From assembly GCF_963506605.1 (NCBI RefSeq), contig NC_083278.1:90644001-90708000 (forward strand): a stretch of 64,000 bases of DNA, written 5' to 3'. This document shows, one piece after another, positions 1 to 12,731 of the stretch; positions within the stretch are counted from its first letter, which is position 1; each line of letters begins with the position of its first letter. A program made the position numbers and the translations under genes. The DNA is from Zootoca vivipara (lineage: Eukaryota). The notes under the pieces are model-generated. The model was not told the DNA's origin and made no database searches. It saw nothing but the letters and a program-made list of their open reading frames with translations.

Positions 1-94
1 AGTACTCTGTGACAAGCAAGACTTTAGTAATTATCAAAGACAAGAACACGAAGTTTCACATTTAGTCTTATGAAAATTTGATATCTGTACTTAC

Positions 95-192
95 TCTCAT
101 ATTATCCACATTGCACATTGATTTTATTGCAGGTAAATTCCACAAGTTATTTCCATCTGCTGATGTAAATACCACTCTGGAATAGCGATCAC
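95..192 (-). CDS. DISP1: DISP1 coding exon (98 nt): [32 protein letters not shown]; gene continues beyond the left edge
   Basis: Acceptor tatttcag and donor AGA|GTAAGT; translation matches DISP1; phase consistent. Confidence 0.95.
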
Positions 193-1304
193 CTGAAATA
201 AGATTGACATATCAAGAAGGTTTCTGATGTTATAGACCTTGAGAGTTAAAGTGTAGGGTATGTTCTCAGTTCAGTAGCACCCTGGGACTCTGTCTTAGTC
301 TAACCTACCTCAAAAGGTTGTTGTGGGAATAGGATGGGTGTGGAGAAGCATTTACGCAGTCTTGAACTTCATGGAGGAAAGGCGGAATTATAACATAATG
401 AATAAAATATATAGCCAAATACAACCTAGCTAAATCGGTGTGCCTGAAACATATTCTGTACTATATTAACATACAGAAACTAATTGCCAAGAAAAGCAGC
501 ACATATAAGCTCTGGGGGGGGGGTGTGTTTTATAAAGTTACCATTCATTTTCAGAAATGTTGAGTTTGTAATAATCAGTTGCTAGAGTGAAGTGTCTTAT
601 TTTACTGCATATACTTTCAGTATCGATATACTTTGAAAAATAGCGCCAGAGTGATCAATGTGTTATTGGTGTGAGTGTGGTTGGGCTGAAAGAAGCAGCA
701 GGAGGATTTACACCTCTCCCATTTGTTCTAGCAGCAAGGAGAAGCAAGCATTCAGCTATCCATTTACTTCCAGCGGTGAGAAAGGAGGACATGCAAAATG
801 CCATTTCTTCCCACACCACAAACTTCACAGAGCTGCAGTTAGTAAGGAAGTAAAAAGTTGATTTCCTGGAAATATCGTGCAGGATTCATCTAATGAACCC
901 CGATAGCAGAAGCCATGCGCAGGACTTCTGGTTGTGTGACGTCTCCTTCCCGTGTGCCCCCCACAATGGGCTTGGGGTGTGTGTATCTGGAGACTCCCCA
1001 GTGACTGCAGAGGGGAGAGAGGATTGTTCTGTCTGATATGCTTGTGTAGACCCACTGTTTCTAGTACCAGGACTGTTTCTAGTACCCATGCACATTTTCA
1101 TATCTCTAATGGGGAGGGAAACAAGTGCATGTTAAATGCCAGTACAGTGGTGATAATCTCTAAATGTAGTAAGAACTTGCAGCTTGGTAATCACCCCTTG
1201 CTTTTCACAAACTGAAAAGAACATTTCCTAGGAAATTGAAAAGGCCAATAGATAGCACCAACTGTAAGCAAAAGATTAGTTCATCTTCCTCACATGCTTT
1301 AGAT

Positions 1305-1421
1305 CAGGCATAGGCAAACACGGCCCTCCAGATGTTTTGGGATTACAACTCCCATCATCCCTAGCTAACAGGACCAGTTGTAGTCCCAAAACATCTGGAG
1401 GGCCGAGTTTGCCTATGCCTG
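1305..1421. mobile_element. Palindromic hAT MITE (CAGGCATAGGCAAAC TIR)
   Basis: TIRs plus perfect TSD CTTTAGAT. Confidence 0.9.
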
Positions 1422-1473
1422 CTTTAGATTCATTTCCTAACATTTTTTGCACACTTAACACTAATCAACTCAC

Positions 1474-1571
1474 TTGGAATGTCGCAGAAAAAGCTGTCCT
1501 TGTGGAAATTCCAGTCTGCTTCCCTCTTCTCTCTTTCATAGTGATCATCTGAATATCGGTTATCTCGATGG
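1474..1571 (-). CDS. DISP1: DISP1 coding exon (98 nt): [32 protein letters not shown], includes the REKR furin-type site
   Basis: Acceptor gttctctcttag and donor A|GTGAGT; translation matches the DISP1 first extracellular loop. Confidence 0.95.
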
Positions 1572-1632
1572 CTAAGAGAGAACAATTTTTCATCTTAAAA
1601 AATATAGCATTTGAACAGCTTACACTTTTAAC

Positions 1633-1768
1633 CAGGCACCCCCAAACTGCAGCCCTCCAGATGTTTTGGCCTACAACTCCCATGATCCCAAGCTAACAGG
1701 ACCAGTGGTCAGGGAAGATGGGAACTGTAGTCCTAAACATCTGGAGGGCCGAAGTTTGGGGGTGCCTG
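1633..1768. mobile_element. Palindromic hAT MITE (CAGGCACCCCCAAAC TIR)
   Basis: TIRs plus perfect TSD CTTTTAAC. Confidence 0.9.
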
Positions 1769-2563
1769 CTTTTAACAGTTATCTTTGTTTCAATAGTAAC
1801 TGCACAAAAAGGCAGCAGCAGCGGGGGGGGGGAGTGCCATGAAGATACATGTGCTCCAAGTGCCATGAAGATACATGTACTCCAATGTTTGGGAGTTCTT
1901 GAGGGTGTCACTGGTTAGAGTCAGGAAAATCTGGTTGGCAGAACAGTATTTGGCAGGGATGGGAAACTTATGTCTCCCACTACCTGCAGGATAACTCTGA
2001 CAAGTGCGTGGAGCAACCCACCCACGAATCACTTAAAAATAAATAAATTAAATGGTAGCTGAATGCAGGGGCGGGTGAATACCTACCCACAACCAAACAA
2101 AGAACAAGCTGCTACTACATGATTTTCAAGAACAGTTCTATCCTTAAAAGAACACTAACATAAAACAGGGTCAACAACATCATTACTCTGTGTTCTCTGC
2201 TTTTTATACTAATATGGGCATACTGCCCCATTACACATTTTCGGCTGTGACCGCTGGAGAAAGTAAGAATTCCCTAGGAAAATAAATCAAGTTTCACATG
2301 ACTTCCAGGGTTTAAGAATTCAAATATTCAAAATAGTTTTTTATATCACTGTAAATGTTTGTTAGCATGCCACCTTGTTATTAACACTGAACAGGGCTTA
2401 TGATTAAGAGAGCCAGATGTTAAAAGTGTGCAGTGCTGTTTTTGTTGTATGGTGTGTGGGGAAGGGGGAAAGGAGAGGTTTAAAATAAGTTCCCACATTT
2501 CGTTTCATACGATATGTAAGTGGCAAACAACAGCAGAAGAGAACATGGTTGAAAAGCTCTTAC

Positions 2564-2691
2564 CTCTTAGCCTGCTCATCTGCATATTTGAAAGGATAGT
2601 TTGCTAAGGTTGCTTTGTAGCCTGTGTTTTTCACCATATTATTCCAGGTAACCAGCCGCTGTCCTATTGCAGTTCCTCTTGGCTCAAAACC
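2564..2691 (-). CDS. DISP1: DISP1 coding exon (128 nt): [42 protein letters not shown]
   Basis: Acceptor tttgccatag and donor AG|GTAAGA; translation matches DISP1; phase consistent. Confidence 0.96.
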
Positions 2692-3064
2692 CTATGGCAA
2701 AACAGAGAGCTTCTTTAGCGCATGCCATCCTTTTATTTGAAAAGGATGTTAGCAAGTCCAATTGATGAGAAACCTTCATTAGAAAGCCCTCTCTCTGTAG
2801 TCCTATGCAACAAATTCCTATGCAACAAATTCACTACCACCAAGTAAACAGTCTTGCTCTTCCATAGGCCAAGGTAGACACAGATTGAGCATTCTGGGGA
2901 CCAGTGGATAGAAATGTTTAATTATTCTCCACCCTTCCCTCTCGATCCCCACCATGGGCCTTGCAAAGGTCATCTTTGGGAAGCTGCACTGAAAGGGAAG
3001 CTCCCATAGGTGACAATGGAAATTTCACTTGAAACTTCAGAGGGATTATTTTTGTTGGGATTGT

Positions 3065-3067
<3 letters not shown>

Positions 3068-3116
<49 letters not shown>
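3068..3116. repeat. (GA)n microsatellite
   Basis: Direct read. Confidence 0.95.
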
Positions 3117-3122
<6 letters not shown>

Positions 3123-4233
3123 GAGTGAAACTTCTCCAGTCCAAGGTCCCTAGGCTGCTCGTTTACACCATTCATGCAATAATGGTGTGCCTAACATGGT
3201 TCTTAGTTGTTTGAGTTTTCCTACAATGTATTCAATCCCTATGGTAGTCCAAGAGGGAAAATATAGCTGCTCATGTAATAAGCCTACAAACTGTGATGTC
3301 TAGACCCTGACTGAAATATAGCTTTAGGTGTGCCTGCAATAAAATGAAACTGTCTAAAGCTTGCCAACTGTTGTTTCTTTAAAAATAAAATAAAATTAGA
3401 GGGCTTGGACTCATATCCTTGCCATACCCTTGCCTTGTTTAACCGTTTATGGATTCTTATGTCTATGCCAACAGTGGCACATTTAATGTCTAATGAGGAG
3501 CACACTACAGCCGACTTCACCTAAATAGTTCAAACAGATGGTTCCGCAACAACTTTTAATAGTGCAGTTATTCTCTCCCCCTTCTCCCAGCCTAGAAGAG
3601 TCTCAGTACCTTTGATGGCTTGTTTTTTATTGTTAGCAAAGCTGATTACAAACCAAATATTCCTCTTTCATCTTCACGCTGCCATTGTTTGCATGCTCTG
3701 TTGTCTCTGTCTCGAGAGACCACCCAATTCCCATATTGCTCACAATGGGCTTTGAAATGTATGAAGCTGTTCTCCAATAACCTAAGTATGTGTAGACGTG
3801 CTCCAAATGAAAAACAACAACCCTGAGACCATGCAAAGCCAACTCCATAATACATGCAGCGATCCATCAGTACGAAGTGCCCCACTACTGGCTGCCATCA
3901 TCTGGTTTGTCTCCATGTGACTGTAAAAACACCCTATCAGAGTTTCATTGCAGTACAGAGAGAAACTGACAGCATTCAATACATGTGCAAAAATTTGTAT
4001 GCAGTAGTTTGCTGCATGAGCAGCTAAGTTATGCAGTCATGGCAGGGTGGGGTGGGGATTGTGTTAAGCAGGCTGTGATTTCCACAACTCCTTGATCATT
4101 GTTGTATTGCCGCTGTGGTCCTCTTTACTGTCTCCAATTACCAAAATGCCTGACCACTGAGGCTAAATGGCAGACAAGAACAGAAGACTGCAACAATTTC
4201 TTCTTGTGTTTTTAAGATAGACTGAGAGTTGGT

Positions 4234-4430
4234 CCAGTGTGGTGCAGTAGTAGAGGGTGTTGGATTTGTACCTGAGAGACCAGGGATCAAATCCCCACCC
4301 AGCCATGAACCTCACTGGGTGATCTTGGGCCAGTTTAGCCTGACCTACCTCACAGGGTTGCTGTGAAGAGAAAATGTGGGGGAAGAGACGTGTACCTTCT
4401 TGAAGGAAAAGTGTGATATAAATGTAACAT
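4234..4430 (+). mobile_element. Squam3/MIR-like tRNA-derived SINE
   Basis: A/B-box head, CTCACTGGGTGA.CTTGGGCCAG and ACCTACCTCACAGGGTTG core; similar to 41288-41501. Confidence 0.75.
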
Positions 4431-4499
4431 AAAAAACCCCACTGGGTGATGACCCCACGGGTCATCTAGTTCACCCCACTGCAATGCAGGAATCTAAAC

Positions 4500-4890
4500 C
4501 AAAGATGTTATTGGACCAGAGTTGGAAAGATGACAAAGACAAAGTTGATGGACTATGCCGAGATGGCAAAGCTGACTGGAAAACTCAGAAACCAAGAGGA
4601 TTAAAACTTTACAAAAGAATGGGGAAAATTTACAAGTTATTTAGGAGACCACTGCAAGCTGATGGAAACAAGAGCAGGATTTTGACACATTTGTAGTGTA
4701 AAAAACATTGTGGATAATATGGTTTGATATAAAAACTGGAGTACAGATTAATATGCAGTTGTAGATGTTCAAAATAAGACTCCATGGACGGGACTGGGGG
4801 AAGTCGCAAGATTCAGATAATCTCCACATACAGTATTACTCTACTGATGTGAGTCTATTTGTACTTTTCATTTGTAAAATTAATAAAATG
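4500..4890 (+). mobile_element. L1-like LINE 3' fragment
   Basis: Degenerate LMDYAEMAKLTGKLRNQED..KEW.KF C-terminal peptide followed by a 3'UTR with AATAAA. Confidence 0.5.
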
Positions 4891-5549
4891 TCTTTTAAAA
4901 ACACAAAAACTAAAGATACTCAGGAGTTCTTCACAAAGCCCCCCCCCCCGCTTAAACTGCATCCTCCCAAAATTGCCTCAGGAGGGGTCAGCAAGCAGGA
5001 GGAAGGGGATTGCTCCATTGAGTGAGCTGTTATGCTTACACAGACAGAATGTTTCTAATAGTGTAATGTTGAACTCCACCCATTGACTTCAATGCGTCTG
5101 CTCCAAATATGATTACACAGTACTTTTGGTAAACTCATTTTAAAATTTAACAGGATAGATATTCCATGTACGTTTCACAACACTGATGGTGTTAGACTCT
5201 ATAATCTAGTCATTACCATCTAATAAACCCATAATCTTCCTTTTACTGGAGTTGCCTTCTATACAGCACATTCAAAACTGAAATTATTTTCAGAGGTGCT
5301 GCTGGAAGAAATCTTTTCAATTTGTGTGTTATTGATTAAAACGTTCGGCAGCTGCGCAGACATATTTGAAGACATCTGGGCTCAACTACCAAACTTCATA
5401 AATATTCAGATTTGGCGTTTTGATTTGCGCACATCTGTATTTGAAAGCAATATAATACGTTCGCAGAGAATTCTTACAGCTCTCTGCTTACCATTACTGC
5501 TGGAAATAACACAACGATTTGACAGCACAAGATGATAATGTTTACTTAC

Positions 5550-5673
5550 CAATAATGGATCAGAGAAGTCTGGAAGATCTGGGACTAGTATTCCAACCAA
5601 TGCACACACCACAATTAACACAGTACACATGCCTAAAACCACCACCGGCCAGTCAGCTATCAGAGCTGCATAG
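5550..5673 (-). CDS. DISP1: DISP1 coding exon (124 nt) encoding TM1: [42 protein letters not shown]
   Basis: Acceptor ttttcttctag and donor TTG|GTAAGT; near-identical to recalled DISP1 TM1. Confidence 0.96.
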
Positions 5674-7871
5674 CTAGAAGAAAATGGAAAATAACTATTT
5701 AAAGGGGGAAGGTTCATGTGTGAGAGAAGATAAATTTTACTTTAAATCTGCTTTTAATTCATGATGCTTACCACAATGTTTGTGGCAATTTAGAAGTGGC
5801 ACTTCCAAAATACAGGACTACTTCTTCCTCTCATTCTACCTGCAGCCTCCCCTGTGTCCCCTAAATCTGCTCCAGGGGATTGTGAGATTTTTTTAAACTT
5901 CTTCCTCAAGTTCATGTTTTTGGTCTGGTCAGAATATTTCCAAATTCAATACCAAAAGTAAACCCCATACAATGTTAGAACATGAGAAGGACTGGGCTCC
6001 AGCTCCTCTGTAAAGGGTTTCAGGGATTTAATGTAATTATATTGCAAAACTTGGAAATGTAATCTTGGGCCCAGCTAACGCAAACACGGTGGCTTGGACA
6101 TAAAATAAAACAGTACTGCATTACTCTGTGCTTGAAGTGTTATATCCAGTTTTAAGGCTAGCACCAACAAACTGAAGAAGATTTATCTGGTATGCAAGGC
6201 ACAATTAAAAGGTAAAAGACTGGCCAAATTTACTTAAAGGAAAGAAGGCTGAAGAGGGCCAAATAAGTAGACCATTGCCATGACAAAGAGGTCACATGCT
6301 TACCAGATGTACCAAGAAAAGGACAAAAAACATGGATTCAAATTGCAGTAAAGCAGATTTAAGCTAGATATCAGAAAGGATTTTCTAACTGTAAGAATTT
6401 TAGGGCAGTTACCCAGAGACGCTGCAGCCATAAAGATTATTAGAATACCGATCAGATGTTGGTTCTGTCTAAGGAATCTTGCATTTATTGGGACTGGTGT
6501 GGGTCCATGCTGAGAGTTAATTCCAACAATATGTTCTGACAATATTGAGTTGATGTGAGATTTCAACTGCTCTTTTGTAAACTGGAACATTCCAACTTGC
6601 AAGGGGCAATCTTAGAAGAATTAGCTGCTCTGTTGCACTGCTCACAAAAGTAGGCAACTCAGACAAACCCTTATTTTATTTAACACAAAAAAATATGCCA
6701 ACAGTGTATTGTTAGACATCAGTATGACTGTTTTGGGCATCTTGGGCAATGTTTGGGAATGCCTGCTCCAGCAAGTTTCTCTTTTCACTTAACATATTTC
6801 TCTTTAACATAAGCTGTAAGGCAGAATGCTTTAACTGTCTTTGCAGGCAGTTATCCTCCTCAACTAAGGAAATGTGAATTCAGCAAAAGGGGAAGAGATG
6901 CCAACTGCTACTCTCAGCAAAAGTTTGCTGCCTAAGGACATAAGCATGTGTTGTTTTGTGTCTGCTAGCAACTCTTATGGCTTCTTGCTTTTGTTTTTCT
7001 TATTAACAAACTGGGAAGAAAAAGCAAATGTTTTGAACGGTCTTCATGAGCGAGTCACTACGAAGATGCACAATCAATTTCACCAGAAAAAAGGAGATAA
7101 ACTAGGAAGGATTAGAAACAGGGACAATACCACCACCACCCCTTACAAATGAGCTGAATCTATTCTGCAATCTGCTGCTGATAAATGTTTGCTACAAAAA
7201 TAAAATAAAAATAAAACAACATTTAAACAAAAACTGATAAAAGGTGGGTGATGTCAACCTTTCCCTAGCATGTGTGTGAGATGAGCAGATTTGTGTATTA
7301 TAACCAAGGCAGAGAAAATTAACAGTGGGAAAGGTAACGATAAAACACTTGTCAGAGGTCCCTACCTACACTGTTTGATACAAACTTTGTTTAGATTTTT
7401 TTTTATAAAAAGAAACATTTATTCAAAAGTTACAATATAGCTTTGTCCACTGCCATATCACAGAATGATCACTTCAAACTTTGTTTAGATGAGGATTGTT
7501 GGTTGAGAGGTTGTTTGATAGAAATTTAGTCTTCAGCTTATAATACAATCGTCTCTTGCTTGTGGCTTGTTTTGGATTAATTTTGTATTCTTATGATCAT
7601 TAGTCACCCTGCACACCAAATTCATATATAAATTTGTCACATCAGGTGTTGATGTGGTCAAGTCTATGAAGGTATCCTCCGGGATGCCCCTCAGCCCCTG
7701 CTGCCCGCAGGATTCTTGCCAAGCTAGATCACAGTACTTACACTTATTTGGCTTCCTCATTACTTGAGTCCTGCGCTAGATTGGACTAGTACACAAAAGA
7801 TGTTTCCATGAATAAAAACCACAGAAGAGAATATAAAGCATGGAAATAATTCACAGGAAACTACATCTTAC

Positions 7872-7901
7872 CTTTTTGGCCACGTTAATGTTCTGGCTGG
7901 C
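7872..7901 (-). CDS. DISP1: DISP1 30-nt coding microexon, (R)PARTLTWPK(S)
   Basis: Acceptor ttttctttttgattttcag and donor AG|GTAAGA. Phase 2-2 joins IANIR to SYAALIADW. Aligns with recalled human RPSRPFKLPKS. Confidence 0.88.
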
Positions 7902-8068
7902 CTGAAAATCAAAAAGAAAAATAATCTTAGATAGATAACATATATACCAATGCCCAATAATTCCCCTCCCCTCAACATATTTATGGAGATCAGCAAGAGG
8001 CAGCGAAGGGATTAAACTAATAAGTTTGCTTTTCAAGGATCTATACTGTGCTAGTATTTTGATGCAGA

Positions 8069-8306
8069 TAGCTCCTGCCAACCTAGCAGTTCGAAAGCAC
8101 GTCAAAATGCAAGTAGATAAATAGGAACCGCTACAGCGGGAAGGTAAACGGCGTTCCCATGTGCTGCTCTGGTTTGCCAGAAGCGGCTTTGTCATGCTGG
8201 CCACATGACCTGGAAGCTATACGCCGGCTCCCTCGGCCAATAATGCGAGATGAGCGCACAACCCCGGAGTCGGTCACGACTGGACCTAATGGTCAGTGGT
8301 CCCTTT
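8069..8306 (+). mobile_element. Sauria SINE, 5'-truncated
   Basis: GCTCCTGCCAACCTAGCAGTTCGAAAGCAC...GAGTCGGTCACGACTGGACC body shared with other copies in the window. Confidence 0.9.
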
Positions 8307-10222
8307 ATATCAGATGTACTTTGTCATTAAGAGCTTGCAAAACCAAGGCAAATTTTACAAGTTAAAATAGAAAAGGGGGGGAGGGGGCGATGATCCATAG
8401 TACTTCCTTTCCTTTCTACAGAATCTATTCTGGAAATGTTTCCCAAGTCGATTTCCAAAGTCAAGATCATACCTAAGACAACACTGATTTTCGTGGCTAA
8501 CAGGAAAGAAACAAACAGGAAATAAAAAACCTCTATTCTTAGATGTTAGAAAGCAGCTTGCTTTTAAACTGATATGCATTAAATATGAAAATATCTCATG
8601 TACACACCAAAATACAATACACATTTTCTTTACTTGGATGCCTAAGTACAAATATGCTAATATTACTGTAGTAAGAGAATGTGGCCAAGAGTTCTGAGCT
8701 GTTTGCTCCCTTCAAACAAGCAAGCAAGCAAGAAAACAAACAAACAAGAGGTCGTGCTCTGATTTAGAAAAAGCAATTCAAGTTTTGGTTTCCAAACTCT
8801 AATCAGATGGCTAAAAAAGGGCCCCCTGGGAAAGCTGAAAATCCTCTGAAAAATGTCAGATATATGGACATGACAAACATAACAAACAGATGTTCAGAAG
8901 TAACTTAAGCCATGGCTTCAGGTAAAAAAGAAAAAAGAAAGGTTACTTCACATTCAAGGTCAACTCAAAAAGGTGCTTCTGTTTGCTCCTAAGCTACTGA
9001 GTTGGTGGATACGGTAGTTTTTTCCAATAAAAGTTCATTTGAAGGAAGGTATTATGTTTCTAGTTTTGAAAGAAGAGTTTTCAAAATTGCTATATAATAA
9101 TGCTATTTATGAAACTATGAAAAGCAACTATGAATTCAAAGACCATCACAATAGACATAGTGGCCCACTTTTGACAATGCAACCAACAGCAGTGTGTTCT
9201 TAAACACATGAGCCTCAGTCTTATGCACTCCATCTTCTTCAGTCTTTAATATACACATTTCTCCAGTATGTACGGTAACAGAAAATGCCTACACTTGGAT
9301 CTAGGGCAAGGCATGTGGGGACCTAGTCATGCTTTATCACTGCTTTAATTAGGCATTCTATAGAATTGATTATACTGCAATGTTGTACCAAGCCCTGCTT
9401 GGAATGCACTTTTTGATAACATTTGGATAATGTGTGGATAAATTGCATTAACCCCCAACTTATGAGGAGTCAGGAGTGTTTCCCCTTCTCCACAAAGCAG
9501 TTTGGGGAAGGTGTTCTTGACAAACCAAAAGTGGAGCATAAAAAAAAACTTTTAAAACTCTGCATATCATCCATTAACGCAGCGCGAAAATTCTATTTTG
9601 CTATGCCTTTCTATGTTTTGGCATAACAGAAAAGACTGTTGAAGTCAAAGATGGATAATGTTCCTAAACAACATAATAAAGTCGTCATAAAACAGCTGCA
9701 ACGTATTGGTTACAGTGCAGGGCTTCATTTTGGTGCACAGCTTTTGGAAACAAAACAGTTTGATAGCAGGTGTGACCTTTAACATTTCATACTTGAAGGA
9801 CTTAATCATCGCTTTTGTGCAGCTCGAATATGCTTAAAGCCACTGAGTTGGTAGAAAAGGGAACATAGATGCAAGCTGGGATCACTCCAGAACAATTTTG
9901 GGCATATCCAGAGAGAGAAAGGTTTGTTTTTTAAAAAAAACACTTTCAGCATGCCATGTCACCAAAAGCTTTTCAAACTTTTTTTTTAAGAGTGGCTTGC
10001 TTTGAAGTATTGCTGGGGAAAGGTAAGGGTGGTTCCTGCTTTTTGAAAACAAAATGCAGTGCTGCAATTATTCAGATTCATGTCTTTGTTTCCCAGAAAG
10101 ATGTGTGAATTATTTTTAAATGCTATATCAAATAAAATCATACTCAGCATAGGCCCATTGAAATCAGTGGACTTAAGTCCATTCGTTTCAGAGGGTCTCC
10201 TCCAAGTATGGCATAAGAAATA

Positions 10223-10403
10223 CTGTATATTCCTGCATATAAGACTATTTTTTAACCCAGGAAAATCTTCTCAAAAGTCGGGGGTCGTCTTATACGCCAG
10301 GTCGTATTTCTTATACGGCGAGTATATCCCAAACTCTATATTTTAGCTGGAAAAGTTGGGGGTCGTCATTACGCCCAGTCGTCTTATACGCCGGAATATA
10401 CGG
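10223..10403. mobile_element. Tc1/mariner-type MITE
   Basis: TIRs CTGTATATTCC..TATAAGAC / GTCTTATACGCCGGAATATACGG, flanked by TA. Confidence 0.8.
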
Positions 10404-12370
10404 TAAATACTGGCATAGATATTCACTGATAGCTTATGGTCTCTGAAGAAATCCATTTAATTTGCTCAAGAACAGAAGTTGGGTCTCTGGCTCTGCTTAA
10501 TAAATTCACTCTCTAAATTATATGCTATGAAGAGAGTTCAAGGTTAAGTTAGTAAACCAACTCAACATTCAGAATGATGAGAGAGAAGACTGCTTTGGCA
10601 AAACATCATTTTCAAGATGAAGTAAAAGGGAAATTGTATTATTTGCAGAGCAGCCATTTCCTGACCAACTTAGATGTTGGTGAAAATGAATTCAGGGTGT
10701 TTTTTTTGTGGGGGGGGGGAGAAGCTTCACATTTAAACACTTGTATTCAGACTAACCTGTCTGCCCTGTAGTAGATGTAAACAAACTGACTGATAAACTA
10801 TTGGAAAAGGAAAGCAGAGCATGCCAACACAGAAAGGCTCCATGTCACAGATCTGAAAAGGATACCGAAAGAGATCACCCCCATAGAAGCATCACTCTGG
10901 GAGAACAATCCGCCAGAAGAAGATGCTAAAACTTCCCTTTCTATGGGAGCTCTATGCTTTTGATTTTGAACAGGAACTCATCCTGGACGGTAGGCAATGC
11001 AGCATTTTACAGTATTTACTGTATTATGATTTTCGATTATTTACCATATTGTATTCATCCTTTATAAATAAACCCTACAGGACATTTATTAAAACAGGAA
11101 CAATCTGTATTTCCATTTGCAGATACTGAACTGACTTGCCCAGGACAGTTGGAGTAAAAAAATAAAGGTTGATACTACTATAGATATAATTTAAGTCATG
11201 AGTGCATATTAAGCTGATACATGAACTTTAAGTACTTACAGTTCAATACAGATGATTATTTCAGGATGCTGGCCTTCTGACAAATGCAGAACAAATGTTC
11301 TCTTCTAAATGTATACAGTGCCACAGTTAAAGCTTCATATGCTTGGCTAGTAGTTCTGAGAGAAAGCATCCAATTTTATTGCGCCCCTCGGCTCTGCCTA
11401 AAGGATGGACATGACTTTTCTTCTCACCTTGTGTCTTGTCACTCATAAATAGGCCTGTATTTCTTCAAGGTTCTGCTGATTGGGTTCAAGTATACATAGA
11501 GCACAAAATTGGTACAGGATGCTATAGCTTGCTTAATAATGGGTGCATATTTGGGGTGCATATTAACAGAAGCTTTCCTGTCAGTCATGTTGGCTTCAAA
11601 TGATTTCTAACTTTGTCTTTTGCTCCAGTATGTTGAAGTCAGTGAAAGTAATGGAAATCCAAAATAAATTGTTATAATTGAAGCTTTATATTTATGGTCT
11701 CATGTTGGAAAGAGGTTTGGGAAGTGTCAACTCTATTATATTCCATTCGTTAACAGTGACATTCTGCAATAGTTTCAAGCTATTTTACATTTCCCTAAGC
11801 ACAACACTGTTACTCACATTGCACCAGTGTTCATCAATATGATTAATTGGTTCAAAATGAGTTTCTACTGTAGCTAAGAGTTCATGGAAGGTGAACACGT
11901 AGCCTTCAAGATGTTATTGGGCTCCAACTCCCCATAAGACCCAGATAGCATGGCCAACGGAGGGGGAAAATGGGAGCTGTAGCCCAATAATATGCGGGAT
12001 GGGGGGAGGTACTTCCATCTCTGGTTGAACAGAATGTGAAAAATCCCAGTATTTGAAGGTCCTTGGATATATACAGCATGGAAGAGGGAAATCTTGCTGT
12101 AATTAAAGAAAAGTAGCTCTCATTATGACAAACCTTTGGAGCAGAGGGAGCCTGACTCGCACCAAGTGGGCAATATAGATAGTCAATTGCAGGAAAGTTA
12201 CAGGGAAAAGCACTCATTTTCATTTTCACCCAATAAAAACAATGAAAAACTCAAGACAAATGTGTATCAAAGTGCCATTCATTGTCAATTTGATCCTGCC
12301 ACTCTGTCTTTCAATATCATTGCAAAGTCCCTAATTTTCAAGTTACGGTATTTCTTAAATTTGCCTGCCA

Positions 12371-12731
12371 CACGGGTGGCGCTGTGGTTTAAACCACTGT
12401 ACCACTTGGACTTGCTGATCAGAAGGTCAGCGGTTCGAAGCCCTACGACAGGGTGAGCACCCATTGTTTGGTCCCAGCTTCTGCCCACCTAGCAGTTCCA
12501 AAGCACGCAGTGCAAGTAGATAAATAGGTACTGCTCCGGCGGGAAGGTAAACAGCGTTTCAGTGCGCTGCTCTGGTTTCGCCAGAAGCGGCTTAGTCATG
12601 CATGACCCAGAAAAACTGTCTGTGGACAGACATCGGCTCCCTTGGCCAGTAAAGTGAGATGAGCGCCGCAACCCCAGAGTCGTTTGCAACTGGACTTAAC
12701 TGCCGGGGTACCTTTAGCTTTAGCTTTACCT
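12371..12731 (+). mobile_element. Sauria SINE, near full length
   Basis: tRNA-like head with A/B boxes, conserved body and (CTTTA)n-type tail. Confidence 0.9.

Noticed and set aside
926-955. Plus-strand peptide QDFWLCDVS resembling DISP1 DSFFCDVP
   Set aside because: Too short, on the wrong strand and with no extension; coincidental.
1833-1884. Short tandem duplications (also near 1056, 2802, 38984 and 42535) as a CRISPR-like or functional array
   Set aside because: Only two units each, no spacers, eukaryotic context; ordinary slippage duplications.
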